This document shows, piece after piece, positions 39,718 to 54,009 of a stretch of DNA of 64,000 nucleotides (positions within the stretch are counted from its first letter, which is position 1; each line of letters begins with the position of its first letter). The notes beneath the pieces are model-generated. The model was not told the DNA's origin and searched no databases. It was given only the letters and a program-made list of their open reading frames with translations. The stretch is taken from positions 320,001 through 384,000 of the forward strand of contig CAVXJS010000021.1 of assembly GCA_963762145.1 (NCBI GenBank), given 5' to 3'. Origin of the DNA: an uncultured Candidatus Rokubacteria bacterium. Its GTDB lineage: Bacteria > Methylomirabilota > Methylomirabilia > Rokubacteriales > CSP1-6. The position numbers and the translations under genes were made by a program.

Positions 39718-40698
39718 ATGGCGTGGGCTCCCGATCCAAACGCGCTGCGTGGTCGCGTGGCCGTCGTGGCGGGAGCGACCCGGGGTGCCGGACGCGGCAT
39801 CGCGGCGGCGCTGGGTGAGGCGGGCGCGACCGTCGTCTGCACCGGGCGCAGCAGCCGCACCGGATCGCTCCGGTCGGACTACGCCCGGGCCGAGACGATC
39901 GAGGAAACCGCCGAGCTCGTCACGCGCCTCGGCGGAACCGGCATCGCGGCCGCGGTCGACCATCTCGACCCCGATCAGGTGAACGATCTGGCCGAGCAGA
40001 TCCGGAGACGTCACGGCCACGTCGACGTGCTCGTCAACGACATCTGGGGGGCCGAGCTGCTCAAGGGCGGCCCGCCGCAATGGAACACGCCCATCTGGAA
40101 GCTCGACCTCGACAAGGGGCTCCGGATACTCCGCCTCGCCATCGACACCCACCTCATCACGTCCCATCACCTGCTCCCGCTCCTCATCGACCGGCCGGGC
40201 GGCCTGCTCGTCGAGGTGACCGACGGCACGACCGACTACAACGCCTCGCGCTACCGGATCTCGGTCTTCTACGACCTGGCCAAGGTCGCGGTCAACCGCC
40301 TGGCCTTCTCGGAGGGACACGAGCTGAAAGCCCACGGCGCGACCGCGGTCGCCATCACGCCGGGGTGGCTGCGATCGGAGATGATGCTCGAGAATTTCGG
40401 AGTCTCCGAGGAGAACTGGCGCGACGCCCTCGACCGGGCCGCTTCCGAGCGCGAACGCCGACCGGCGGCGCCGCCCGACTTCGCCCTCTCCGAATCGCCG
40501 CGGTACGTCGGGCGGGCCGTCGTCGCGCTGGCGTCGGATCCCGACCGGGCGAGATGGAACCAGCAATCGGTCAGCTCCGGCCGGCTCGCGCGCGAGTACG
40601 GGTTCTCCGACATCGACGGCTCCCGCCCCGACGTCTGGCGATACATCGAAGAAGTCCGCGAGCGCGGACTTCAGGCAGATCCCCGCGACTATCGGTGA
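39718..40698 (+). CDS. SDR family oxidoreductase
   Basis: VAGATRGAGRGIA, VLVNDIWG, YDLAK catalytic motif. Confidence 0.92.
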   Translation: MAWAPDPNALRGRVAVVAGATRGAGRGIAAALGEAGATVVCTGRSSRTGSLRSDYARAETIEETAELVTRLGGTGIAAAVDHLDPDQVNDLAEQIRRRHGHVDVLVNDIWGAELLKGGPPQWNTPIWKLDLDKGLRILRLAIDTHLITSHHLLPLLIDRPGGLLVEVTDGTTDYNASRYRISVFYDLAKVAVNRLAFSEGHELKAHGATAVAITPGWLRSEMMLENFGVSEENWRDALDRAASERERRPAAPPDFALSESPRYVGRAVVALASDPDRARWNQQSVSSGRLAREYGFSDIDGSRPDVWRYIEEVRERGLQADPRDYR

Positions 40699-40708
40699 CT
40701 CGCAGGAT

Positions 40709-40795
40709 GGGGTCAGGTCTTGCATTCCTACATTTTTCACGCGTGACGGAAATGCTCTGTCCACGCGGAAATGTAGGAATACAAGACCTGACCCC
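40709..40795. repeat. REPIN-like inverted REP doublet (GGGGTCAGGTCT family), copy A
   Basis: 27-bp arms GGGGTCAGGTCTTGCATTCCTACATTT / AAATGTAGGAATACAAGACCTGACCCC (1 mismatch), 33-nt spacer, between convergent genes. Confidence 0.88.
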
Positions 40796-40798
40796 AAA

Positions 40799-42528
40799 CT
40801 AGCCGAAGACGCCGCCCATGCGGGTGCCGGCCATGCGGTTGATGATCGCGACGCTGATCGCGGCGACCAGGATCAGGATCACGCCGAGCGCGGCGGCCTC
40901 GTTGGCGCTGCCCGCGATGTAGAAGGCGAAGATGCCGTTGGTGATGGACTCCCAGCCGCCGAGGGCGAGGAACAGCACCGCGGAGGCCTCCTGCAGCGAG
41001 GTCATGAACGAGAAGAGGCCGCCCACCAGCACGCCCTTCCAGATCATGGGCAGCGTGACGTCCCGGAAGGTGCGCGGGCCCGAGGCGCCCACGCTCGCGG
41101 CGGCCTCCTCCAGCGAGCGGTGCACGAGCAGCAGCGAGGCGTAACGAGCCGCGCACCGTGTAGGGCAGCCGCCGCACCGCGAGCACCAGCGGCATGACGA
41201 TCCAGAACGAGGTCAGCCCGCGGTCGAAGCCGGGCAGGTCGAAGTGGAACGCGCGGATGTACGCGATGCCGATCGCGGTGCCGGGCATGGCCAGGATCAG
41301 CGTGTTGAGCGCGTCGAGCGCGCCCCGCCCCGGCACGGTGGACCGCGCGAGGAGCCACGCGATGGGCACGCCCACCCCGATGCAGATCACCACCGCGAGC
41401 CCGGAGTAGAGGAAGCTGTTCACGATGTACTTCGGCGTCTCCACGATCACGCGCTCGTAGTACTGGAGCGTGTAGGCCACCGGCAGCGGCGTCAGCGACC
41501 AGCCCTTGCCCACCGAGGCCAGCGCCACCCCGATGTAGGGGATGAACGACAGCAGCAGCAGCGAAGCCAGGAAGGCGATGACCAGCGCCTGCCGGGCGCG
41601 GCGAGAGCCGCCGCCGCTCGATCCGCGAGTAGGACAGCGAGGAGTAGTCCTTGATGGCCACGTAGTGCCGCGCGGCCAGCAGGAAGAGGATCGCGAGCAG
41701 CACCATCAGCGCGGAGATCACGATGCCCATGCGGAAGATGCGCCGGTCCACGAACTGCACGATGTTGAGGTAGGCCTGCGGCGGCCAGGAGGTCCTGCAC
41801 GCCCAGCACGAGCGGCGTGGCGAAGTCGGAGAACGTCCAGATGAAGACGAGCAGCGCGCCCGCCACGTAGCCCGGCGTGGTCAGCGGCAGCGTCACCGTC
41901 CAGAGCTTGCGACCAGCCGCGCGCGCCCACGCTCTCCGCCGCCTCCTCGAGCGAGGGATCGACCTTGCCGAGGGCGTCCACCACGTTGAGCGTGATCATC
42001 GGGAAGAGGTGGAGCGTCTCCACCAGCACCACGCCGTGGAGGCCGTAGAGGAAGTTGACGGGCTGGAGCATGTCGAAGCCAGTCCATCAGCAGCACGTTC
42101 ACGGTGCCGGCGCGGCCCAGGATGAAGGTGAAGCCGAGCACGCCGACCAGCGGCGGCGAGATGATCGGGATCATGCGTGAGGTAGCTGAAGAGGTTGCGG
42201 CCCGCGGAAGTCGTAGCGCACGAGCAGGAACGCGACCGCGATGCCGAGCACCGAGGTCGTGAAGACGGTCGCCACGCCCAGCAGCAGCGAGTTCCCAGCG
42301 AGCGCAGGTAGAAGCGGTCGGTGAAGAACTCGTGGAAGTTCGCGAGCGTGAACTGGCCGGCCTCGTCGGTGACCGCGTCGTAGAAGATCCGCCCGAGCGG
42401 GTAGAGGAGGAAGAGCGAGCAGGAACGCCCAGATCAGCCCGACGCCGAGCCGAGCCGCGCGCGGCCCGCATCCCGGCCGCGTCAGCGGCCCGGCTGCGCC
42501 GTCGGCGGCTAGCGGCCGGGCCCGCCAT
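40799..42528 (-). CDS. Fe3+/polyamine-type ABC transporter permease (two EAA loops), multiply frameshifted
   Basis: DPSLEEAAESVGA and HRSLEEAAASVGA motifs lie in different frames. Confidence 0.8.
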
Positions 42529-42534
42529 GCGCGC

Positions 42535-43627
<1,093 letters not shown>

Positions 43628-43652
43628 GCCGGGTCAGCCGGCGGCGACTTCG

Positions 43653-44785
43653 CTACTTCTTCAGCTCGTCCCACTTGGCCTCGATGTCGGAGCGGAACCG
43701 CGTCTTGAGCGCCTCGGAGCGCTTGGTCGCCACGCCCTCGTCGTAGACGTTGGCCACCTCCGCGTCGAAGTACGAGCGCACCCCGCCGGTGAACTCGCAC
43801 CGCCAGCTCCGCGGTGGAGCCCGGCGCGCCCTGCACCTTGTACTTGGGCGTGATCGGGAAGAGCCCGCGCTCCATGAACACGCGCTGGCCGCGCTCGGTC
43901 AGCAGGAACTCGATGAACGCGCGCGCCGCCTTCGGGTTGCGCGCCCCGGCGAGGATCGCCATCGGCTCCGGGGTCACGAACGAGTTCTTCGGCGCCACGA
44001 ACTTGATGTCGAAGCCGGCGAGCTTCTCCTCGAAGGCCATGTACGACGGCACCGCGAATCCCGCGGCGAACTCGCCCTTGGCGACCACGGTCGGCACGTC
44101 GCGGCTCCGCGCGGTGAAGTGGCCGGTGTTGGCGGCCAGCCGCCGCAGCCAGTCCCAGCCCGGTCTTCGCCGTGCATCGACAGCATCACCTCGTAGGTCG
44201 CGTTGGACGACGACGACCGCGTCGGCGCGCACTGCGCCACCTCGCCCTTGAGCTTCGGGATTGAGCAGGTCGTCCCAGTCCTTCAGCTCGGCCACGCCGA
44301 GGCGCTGGAGGCGCTGGGGATGGTAGACGAGCCCGTAGGGCTCGAGCGCGGTGCCGACCCAGAAGCCGTCCTTGTCCTTGAGCGGGATCGGCTTGGGCTT
44401 GCCGATGGACGCGGGAATGCTGTCCCACGCCTCCTTGGAGATCTCGACCTTCTGCAGGAGCTTCTGCTCGGCGAGCTTCTCGAAGAGCGCGGACTCGCCG
44501 CCCCAGAAGATGTCCACGTCGGGCCGGCCCTTCCACTCGGTGATGCGGCCGTAGGCCACCGGCGTCCCCGCCGGGATCGCGTTCACCTTGACGGTGACGT
44601 TCCAGCTTCTCCTTGGCGTAGTCCGCGAAGGCCTTGAGCGCCGCGTCGTGGATGAACTTGGACACCGGCGTGATCAGCGTTCAGCTCGCCCTCGATGGGC
44701 GCCTGCGCGAGGGCCGGCGGCGAGCCGCGCCCAGCCGCCACGCAGCGATGGCGACCGCCGTCGTGATGATCGATCGCAGCATCAT
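43653..44785 (-). CDS. ABC transporter substrate-binding protein (Fe3+/AfuA-like), frameshifted
   Basis: Signal peptide, PDVDIFWGG, LKDWDDLLNP, NPKAARAFIEFLLTERGQ. Confidence 0.78.
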
Positions 44786-44789
44786 GCAG

Positions 44790-46331
<1,542 letters not shown>

Positions 46332-46335
<4 letters not shown>

Positions 46336-47167
46336 CGGGCCGAGCAGCTCCTTCGGCGAGATCCGGCCGGTCGGTGATCACCACGCCGACGCCCTGCTCG
46401 ATGAAGCGGGCGATCGCCGCGCGGCTCGTTCACCGTCCACACGCCGAGGGTGAGGCCGGCCAGCCGGGCCTGCCTCGCCACCTCCGCGGTGACGAGCGCC
46501 TGGTCGAGCCCGACGAAGCTCACCCCGGCCTGGCGCAGCGCCTCGAGCTGCGCTCCCGACCGTGGCGGCCGGCAGCATGCGCGCCGAGTAGAGCGCGGCC
46601 ACGCGGGCGTCGGGGCGAAGCTCGCGCACGCGGCGCCACGTCGCGGCCTCGAAGGCCATCACCACCGTGAAGGCGGTGAACTCCTGGCGATCGAGCACCT
46701 CGAACACCTTCTCCTCGATCCCGGGGTAGCGCTGGCGCGCGCTCGTCGGTCTTGATCTCGAGCAGCATCTGCCGTCTCCCCGCACGGCGAGCCTCACCAC
46801 CTGGTCCAGCGTCGGGACGCTCTCCTCGGCGACCGCCCCGTCGCGGTCCTTGAGGCCGCACCGCCCGCAGCTCGGCGAGCGTGCGCGCGCGCACCGGGCC
46901 GGTGCCGGTGGTGGTGCGCTCGAGCGTGGGGTCGTGGATCACCACCACCTCGCCGTCGCGAGTGAGATGCACGTCGAGCTCGAGGAAGTCGGCGCCGAGG
47001 GCCAGCGCGTTGCGGAACGCGAGCAGGCTGTTCTCCGGCCAGAGCAGCGCGCCGCCCCGGTGCGCGGCGAAGAGCGGCGCGATCATGCCCTGCGCCGCCG
47101 CGGTGACGGAGCCCACCACCGCGGTGACCGCGACCAGGCCCAGCGCGAGCAGGAACAGCCCCTTCAC
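46332..47167 (-). CDS. Secreted glycerophosphodiester phosphodiesterase (GlpQ/UgpQ family), frameshifted
   Basis: Signal peptide, [51 protein letters not shown]. Confidence 0.85.
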
Positions 47168-48015
47168 TTCTCGGTCTCCACCAGGCCCTTCACGAACCAC
47201 CGCTGCATCAGCAGGATGACCGCCACCGGCGGCAGCATCGCGAGCATCGCGGTGGACATGATCAGGTTCCAGTCGGTCTGGGCGTCGCCGGTGCCGATCA
47301 TCTTGGTGATGCCGATCACGATTGTGTCCATGCCGCTGCTGGTCGTGATGAGGAGCGGCCAGAGATACTGGTTCCAGCCGTAGAGGAAGAGGATCACGAA
47401 CAGGGCGGCGACGTTGGTCCGCGACAGCGGCAGCAGGATGTGACGGAAGAAGCGCAGCGGCCCGGCCCCGTCGATCTTGGCCGCCTCCACCAGCTCGTCC
47501 GGGATCGTCATGAAGAACTGCCGGAACAGCAGGGTCGCGGTGGCGGAGGCGATCAGGGGCAGGGTGAGCCCGCCGAAGGTGTCGATCAGACGGAGATCGG
47601 ACACCACCTTGAACGTCGGGATGATCCGCACCTCCACCGGCAGCATCAGGGTGATGAAGATCATCCAGAAGAAGAACATGCGGAGCGGGAACGCGAAGAA
47701 GACCACCGCGTAGGCCGAGATCAGCGACACCGCGATCTTGCCCACCGCGATGACCACCGCCATCACGAAGCTGTTGGCCATCATCCGCGCCACCGGGGAG
47801 GCCTTGACGCGCACCCCGCTCCCCTGCGACCACGCCTGCGCGTAGTTCTCCGCCCCGTGCGAGCCCGGATAGATCGGCAGGTCCCCGCGTCCGATGGTCG
47901 CCGCGTCGTGGGTCGAGCCGATCAGCGCGGTGTAGATCGGGAAGGCGAAGATCATCACCCCGATCAGGAGGATCGCGTGGGGGAGCCACGCGGCGCGCGA
48001 CTTGCGCTCGACCAT
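47164..48015 (-). CDS. ugpE: sn-glycerol-3-phosphate ABC permease UgpE
   Basis: FFWMIFITLMLPVEVRIIPT, LPLIASATATLLFRQFF, LFLYGWNQYLWPL. Confidence 0.93.
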   Translation of the reverse strand: MVERKSRAAWLPHAILLIGVMIFAFPIYTALIGSTHDAATIGRGDLPIYPGSHGAENYAQAWSQGSGVRVKASPVARMMANSFVMAVVIAVGKIAVSLISAYAVVFFAFPLRMFFFWMIFITLMLPVEVRIIPTFKVVSDLRLIDTFGGLTLPLIASATATLLFRQFFMTIPDELVEAAKIDGAGPLRFFRHILLPLSRTNVAALFVILFLYGWNQYLWPLLITTSSGMDTIVIGITKMIGTGDAQTDWNLIMSTAMLAMLPPVAVILLMQRWFVKGLVETEK

Positions 48016-48896
48016 CAGTAGTGGACCCGCCGCTCCACGTAGCGGAACTGCACCGCGGTCACCGCGATGACGAAGACCATCAGGATCACCGACTGGGCCG
48101 AGGAGCCGCCCAGGTCCAGGTTGATCACCCCGTCCACGTAGACCTTGTAGATGAGGGTCTCGGTGGACTTGCCGGGCCCCCCGCCGGTCAGCGCGTGGAT
48201 GACGCCGAAGGTGTCGAAGAAGACGTACACGATGTTGACCACGAGGAGAAAGAACGTGGTCGGGGAGAGCAGCGGGAAGATGATGCTCCAGAAGCGCCGG
48301 GCCGGGCCGGCCCCGTCGATGGCGGCGGCCTCGATGACCGGCTTCTGGATGGACTGCAGCCCGGCCAGGAAGAAGAGAAAGTTGTAGCTCACCTGCTTCC
48401 AGCTCGCGGCGAGCACCACCAGGAACATCGCCTGGACGCCGTTGAGCTTGTAGTCCCAGAGGATGCCGAGCTTGCGCACCGCCTGCCCCAGGATCCCGAT
48501 GGACGGGTGGAAGATGAAGAGCCAGAGCACCGCGGCCACCGCGGGGGCGACCGCGTAGGGCCAGATCAGCAGGGTCTTGTAGACCGCGGACCCGCGGAGC
48601 CGCTTGTCGGCCATGACCGCGAGCAGCAGCGCGGGCGCCATCGACAGCACGGTGACCGCGACCGTGAAGACGAGCGTGCGCGCCACCGCGCCGCGGTAGA
48701 GCGGGTCGGCGAGGACGACGCGGTAGTTATCGAACCAGACGAAGTTCTGCCGCAGGCCGAACGCGTCCTGCACCAGGAACGACTGGTAGACCGCCTGCGC
48801 GGCCGGCCAGAAGAAGAAGACGATCGTGATCAGGAGCTGCGGCGCCAGGAGCAGGTAGGGCAGGACCTTGCCGTCGAAGACGACCCGGCGCTGCAT
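48015..48896 (-). CDS. ugpA: sn-glycerol-3-phosphate ABC permease UgpA
   Basis: [37 protein letters not shown]. Confidence 0.93.
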   Translation of the reverse strand: MQRRVVFDGKVLPYLLLAPQLLITIVFFFWPAAQAVYQSFLVQDAFGLRQNFVWFDNYRVVLADPLYRGAVARTLVFTVAVTVLSMAPALLLAVMADKRLRGSAVYKTLLIWPYAVAPAVAAVLWLFIFHPSIGILGQAVRKLGILWDYKLNGVQAMFLVVLAASWKQVSYNFLFFLAGLQSIQKPVIEAAAIDGAGPARRFWSIIFPLLSPTTFFLLVVNIVYVFFDTFGVIHALTGGGPGKSTETLIYKVYVDGVINLDLGGSSAQSVILMVFVIAVTAVQFRYVERRVHY

Positions 48897-48925
48897 GGCC
48901 GATCAGCGGCCGCGTCCCCTCCCGG

Positions 48926-50287
48926 CTACGAGCGGTTCGCCCGCTCGAAGTTGCGCAGCACCACGTTCCCCCGCTGCACCGCGTTGTCGAGCGCCTGCTG
49001 CGCCGACTGCTGGCCCTGGAACGCCTTCTCCAGCTCCTCCTGGATGATGTTCCGGATCTCCGGCATGTTGCCGAGCCGCAGCCCCTTCGAGTTCTCGGTG
49101 GTCGGGGTCCGGGTCATCTGCAGGAACGGGATGTCGGTGCCGGGGTTCTGCTGGTAGAAGCCGGAGGCCTTCACCCGCTCGTAGCCCGCGAACGTGACCG
49201 GGAGGAAGCCGGTATCGGTATGCCACTTAGCCACCACTTCCGGGCGGCTGATGAAGCGGAAGAACTCGGCGACCGCCTTGTACTCCTCCGGCTTGCGGGT
49301 CGGCGAGGTCATCACCCAGAAGGCGGCGCCGCCGATGATCGAGTTCTTGGGCGCATCCGCCGTGCCCTGGTAGTACGGCAGCATGGCCGCGCCCCACTCG
49401 AACTTGGCCTCGCGCGCGATGCGGGCGCGGAGGCCGGACGAGGCGTGGATGATCGCGCACTCCCCGGAGGGGAACAGCGCGTCGCCCGCCGCGTCGCGTC
49501 CGCCGTACTTGAAGCTGCCTTCCTTCTGCATGTCGATCAGGGTCTGCACGTGGCGCACGTGCAGGGGGCTATTGATCTTGAGCTCCGCGTCGAGCCCGGC
49601 GAGGCCGTTGGCCTTGGTCGCGAGCGGGACGTTGTGGATCGCGCTGAACTGCTCGAACTGCGCCCACGTGGGCCACGCGGTGGTGAAGCCGCACGGCGTC
49701 GCGTTGGCCGCGCGGATCTTCTGGGCCGCGGCCCGCAGGTCGGCCCAGGTCTGCGGCGGCTTGCTCGGGTCGAGCCCCGCCTTCTTGAAGGCATCCTTGT
49801 TGTAGAACATGATCGTGGTCGAGCTGTTGAACGGCATCGCCATCATCCGGCCGTCGGGCAGGCTGTAGTAGCCGGCCACCGAGGGCAGGTACGCGGCGGG
49901 ATCGAACGCGACCCCGGTCTCCTTCATCAGCTCGTGCACCGGCTTGATCGCCCCGCGCGCCGACATCATGGTCGCGGTGCCCACCTCGAACATCTGCACC
50001 ACGTGCGGCGCGTTGCCCGCGCGGAACGCGGCGATCGCCGCGACCATGGTCTCGGGATACGACCCCTTGAAGGTCGGGTTGACCTGGTACTGGGTCTGCG
50101 ACTCGTTGAAGTCGACGACGATCTTCTCGAGGATGCCGCCCAGCGGCATGGCCAGCCCGTGCCAGAACTCGACCGTCACGCGCGGGGACTGGGCCCGCGC
50201 CGGCGGCGCGTGGTGCGCGAGCGTCGCCGACCCGACCACCACGAGCGCCAGCGCGATCCACCACCAGGACTTCACTGTCTTTGGCAT
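48926..50287 (-). CDS. ugpB: sn-glycerol-3-phosphate-binding protein UgpB
   Basis: AAFRAGNAPHVVQMFEVGTATMM, PFNSST, NSKGLRLGN. Confidence 0.93.
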   Translation of the reverse strand: MPKTVKSWWWIALALVVVGSATLAHHAPPARAQSPRVTVEFWHGLAMPLGGILEKIVVDFNESQTQYQVNPTFKGSYPETMVAAIAAFRAGNAPHVVQMFEVGTATMMSARGAIKPVHELMKETGVAFDPAAYLPSVAGYYSLPDGRMMAMPFNSSTTIMFYNKDAFKKAGLDPSKPPQTWADLRAAAQKIRAANATPCGFTTAWPTWAQFEQFSAIHNVPLATKANGLAGLDAELKINSPLHVRHVQTLIDMQKEGSFKYGGRDAAGDALFPSGECAIIHASSGLRARIAREAKFEWGAAMLPYYQGTADAPKNSIIGGAAFWVMTSPTRKPEEYKAVAEFFRFISRPEVVAKWHTDTGFLPVTFAGYERVKASGFYQQNPGTDIPFLQMTRTPTTENSKGLRLGNMPEIRNIIQEELEKAFQGQQSAQQALDNAVQRGNVVLRNFERANRS

Positions 50288-50327
50288 GAATTCCTCCGGG
50301 TTGTCTGGCTCAAGCTATCGAACCGGC

Positions 50328-50365
50328 GTCTCGACCGGGTTGCGCACGGGTGACGTGTTCGTGTC
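50328..50365 (-). promoter_or_regulatory. 11-bp phased direct repeats (Pho-box-like) upstream of ugpB
   Basis: GACAC/GTCAC/GCAAC/GAGAC at exactly 11-nt spacing, followed by TAGCTT. Confidence 0.4.
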
Positions 50366-50431
50366 GCCGACGGGCGCGTGCAATATAGCACTATTGACTC
50401 GGGGCCGGGAAGTTGCTCTATTCGCAGGCGG

Positions 50432-51992
50432 GTGGACCGCCGGGGCTTTCTCTCGCGCGCCTCCTCTGGACTGGCCGCCGCGCTCGCGGCGGGGATACCC
50501 CGCGCTGTGTCCTCCGCGTCCGCCGCGCCCCCACACCACCTCCAAGCGCGACGTGGTCATCGCGCAGGCGTACGACCTGACCAGTCTCGATCCGCACGCC
50601 TCGACGCTGTCGAGCGATTGGCGGATCGCCTTCAACGTCTTCGACACCCTCGTCCGACGCCATCCCGATGGGACGCTGCACCCGGCGCTCGCCGTCGCCT
50701 GGAAGCGCACGGCGCCCACCACGTGGCGGCTCGCGCTGCGCTCCGACGTGCGGTGGCACGACGGCACCCGACTCACCTCGATCGACGCGAAGTACAGTCT
50801 CGATCGCACCTTCGACGCCGGGGTCAAGGGGGCCCGCCTGCTCGGTGCCTGGTGGACCCAGGCGATGGAGCGGACCGAGGCGCCCGACCCGGCGACGCTC
50901 ATCGTCCACACGCGGTGGCCCGATCCGCTCCTGCCCGCGCGCCTGGCGTCGTGCGCGGGCGGGATCGTCCCCTGGGCGTACATGGACCGGGTGGGCTTCA
51001 AGGCCTTCAACGAGCGCCCGGTGGGCAGCGGACCGCTCCGCTTCGTCTCGCGGAGCCGTGGGGATCAGTGTGTCCTCGACGCCAACGTCGACTACTGGGA
51101 CGGCCGCGTCGACGTCGATCGGGTCGTGATCAAGGCGGTGCCGGACGACAGCCGACGGGTGGACCTGCTGCTGCGCGGCGGCGCCGACCTGATCGTGGGC
51201 CTGGCACCCGAGCACGGTCCTCGCGTGGCCGCGGACCCCTCGACGCAGGTGGCCGGCGTGCTCTACGCCGGGCTCTACGTGCTCGCGGTCAACGTCTGGG
51301 TGGCGCCCCTGAACGACCCGCTGATCCGGCAGGCCCTATCGCTCGCCATCGACCGGGAGACGATCGTGAAGGAGCTCTGGCGTGGCCGCGGCCTGGTGCC
51401 GAGCGGCCCCATCCCGCGGGGCGACGATCTCCACGACTCATCGCTGCGAGCGCTCCCCTACGATCCCGGCGCCGCGCGCGAGCGGCTGCGGCGGGCCGGC
51501 TACCGAGGCGAGGCGATCCACTTCGAGACGACGGCGGGCATGATCGCCAACGATCGGCTCATGGCCGAAGCCATCGTCGAGATGTGGGAGGACGTCGGCG
51601 TCAAGGTCGTCCTCGACGTGATCGACACCGACACCCGCCACCGGAAGAACCGGCAGCAGGCGTTCAAGGGGGTCTGGTGGTCCGATCCGACGTCCATCAT
51701 CCGCGATCCGGACGGGATGATGGGGCGGCTCCTGAGCCCGGGGCAACCGCACGACTACTGGCGCCACGACGAGTTCGATCGTCTCGCCGGCGCGGCTCGC
51801 TCCACCGCGGACGGGCGCGCGCGCGCCCTTGCCTACCGGAGGATGACCGCGATCTTCCTGGAGGAGAATCCGTGGATCGTGGTCTTGCAGCCGATGGAGG
51901 ACTACGGCCTGCGCCGCTACGTGGACTTCACGCCGAGTCCGGATCAGCAGCTCGAGCTGCGCCGCTTCAACTTCCGGATGCGCCGCGCCTGA
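50432..51992 (+). CDS. Tat-exported family-5 (DppA/OppA-type) solute-binding protein; frameshift near 50535
   Basis: DRRGFL Tat signal in one frame; SLDPH, VFDTLV, WHDG, PVGSGP, IRQALSLAIDRE in the next. Confidence 0.85.
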
Positions 51993-52001
51993 GCCCCGCG
52001 G

Positions 52002-52371
52002 TCAGGGCCGCTTCTGCTTCTCGTAGACCGCGGTGTTGCCCGGTCCGGGCGGAGCGCGCGTAGAGCTGCTCCTTGTCGGGCCCGTAGGTGAGCGTGATCA
52101 GGATGCCCTCGGTGCCGATCTTGTACTGGAGCTGGACCTCGCGCCCGGTGTCGACGTACCGGCCGGGCAGGCGCCGGCCGTCGGGGGTGATCGTGGTCAC
52201 GCGCCCGTCCGCCGCGAACTCCAGCCAGTCCTTCTTGTCGCCGTCCGGCGAGCGGACCAGCTCCCAGCGGCCCAGCAGCCACCCTTCGTCGGCCGCGCGC
52301 GCGGGCGTGACCGCGCCGTGCGCCAGCGCGGCGAGCACGAGGAGCGCAAGCCCGCGCACGAGGCGCGCCAT
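52002..52371 (-). CDS. Small exported hypothetical protein (lipocalin-like LLGRWEL start); frameshift near the 3' end
   Basis: MARLVRGLALLVLAALAHGAVTPARAA signal peptide; ATG overlaps the glpD stop. Confidence 0.6.
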
Positions 52372-54009
52372 CAGCGGTGCCGGAACCGCCGGCTCAGCTC
52401 CACGTGCTGCGAGTACGCCTCGAGCTCGGCGTCGAGACGGCGCGGCGTCCAGCCCGCCAGCTCGGCCATCCGCGCCGCGATGGGCTCCGCGCAGTCGAGG
52501 CCCTGGCAGCGGCTCTGGCCGATGCCGGTGCGCCGCAGCAGCACGTCCTGCAGCGACACCGCCAGCTCCTCCCGCACCGCGTGGTGGAGCTGGGCCACGA
52601 TCTCGGGATTGCTCGGGCAGAGGCGCTCGAAGCCGTCGGGCAGCTTGCGCCCCAGCTCGAGCACGCGCGGGAAGGCTCGACCGTAGGTCTCCACCAGCGT
52701 CTTGAGCGTCGCACGGGACAGGCCCGTCGCCGCCATTTCTTCCGACACGTCCATCCACGCGCGCACCTCGATCTTGCCGGCCTCCTCGTCGGTGCCGTCG
52801 AGCGCGGCGCGCGCGGTGCGCGAGGCGCCCTTGCGGCCCAGCGCGCGCATCACCCGGTCTCCCACGTCCTCGGCCAGGCTGCGGAAGCAGGTCAGCTTGG
52901 TGCCGGTGACGGACAGGAACCGGCCCTCCGGCCCCTCCGGGATCACCCGGTGCTCGCGCGAGACCGCGGAGGCGGAGCGGCCCGGCTCGAAGGAGAGCGG
53001 GCCGCACCCCCGCGTAGGTGTAGGCCACGTTCTCGAAGGTGGCGCGCTTGTCCGGCAGCACCTTGGCCACCTCGTCGAGCAGGTAGGTCACCTCCTCGCG
53101 GGTGGCCCAGAGGCGGTCCGGGTCGCCGTCGAAGTCGGTGTCGGTGGTGCCGACCAGCGAGAACCCGTGCCACGGGATGACGAAGATCATCCGCTCGTCG
53201 TGGGTCGAGAGGTACACCGCGCGGTCGGTCATGCGCGGCAGCAGGCAGTGGATGCCCTTGGTGGTGCGCAGCAGCCGCGGGCTCCGCTCGGCCACCCCCG
53301 CGAGCGCGCGCAGCCCGTCCACCCACGGCCCCGCGCAGTTCACGATGGTGCGCGCCTTGATCGCCTGCACCTGGCCCGAGAGCAGATCGCGCACCTGCAC
53401 GCCGTCGAGCCCGCGGGCGCCCGGGATGAACGCCTCGACCCGGCAGTAGTTGTGGACCCGGGCGCCGTGGCGCGCCGCCGAGAGCACGTTCTCGAGGCAG
53501 AGGCGCTCCGGGAAGAGCAGCAGGTCGTCGAAGTAGTATCCGGCCCCCCGCAGGTCCTCCGCCCGAACGCTCGGCTCCATCGCGAGCGCGGCCTCGGGCC
53601 GCAGCACGCGGTAGCGCTCGCTGTTCTTGCCCGGGGTGAGCAGGTCGTAGAGCCACATGCCGAGCCGCACCTTGATGAGGCCGCGCGCGGCGCCGCGGTA
53701 GACCGGCACCAGGAAGGGCAGCGGGCGCACCAGGTGCGGGGCGAGGCGCTCGAGGGTCTTCTTCTCGCGCAGCGACTCGCGCACCAGCTTGAAGTCGCCC
53801 AGCTCGAGGTAGCGGAGCCCGCCGTGGATCAGCTTGGAGGACTTCGACGAGGTGCCGGAGGCGAAGTCGCCCTTCTCGAACAGCGCGACCGAGGCCCCGC
53901 GAAGCGCCAGGTCACGCGCCACTCCCGCCCCCGCCATGCCGCCGCCGATCACCACGGCGTCCAGCGCGGCGCCGTCAAGACCAGCCAGCCGATTCGCGGG
54001 CGCGCTCAC
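52371..54009 (-). CDS. glpD: FAD-dependent glycerol-3-phosphate dehydrogenase/oxidase; frameshift near 53000
   Basis: VIGGGMAGAG, DFASGTSSKSSKLIHGGLRYL, VGTTDT, YAGVRP, LQDVLLRRTG. Confidence 0.9.

Noticed and set aside
42440-42510. GCCGAGCCGAGC and CGGCTGCGCC words at the 5' end of the ABC permease
   Set aside because: Short GC-rich matches in an error-rich tract that cannot be aligned to the full element.
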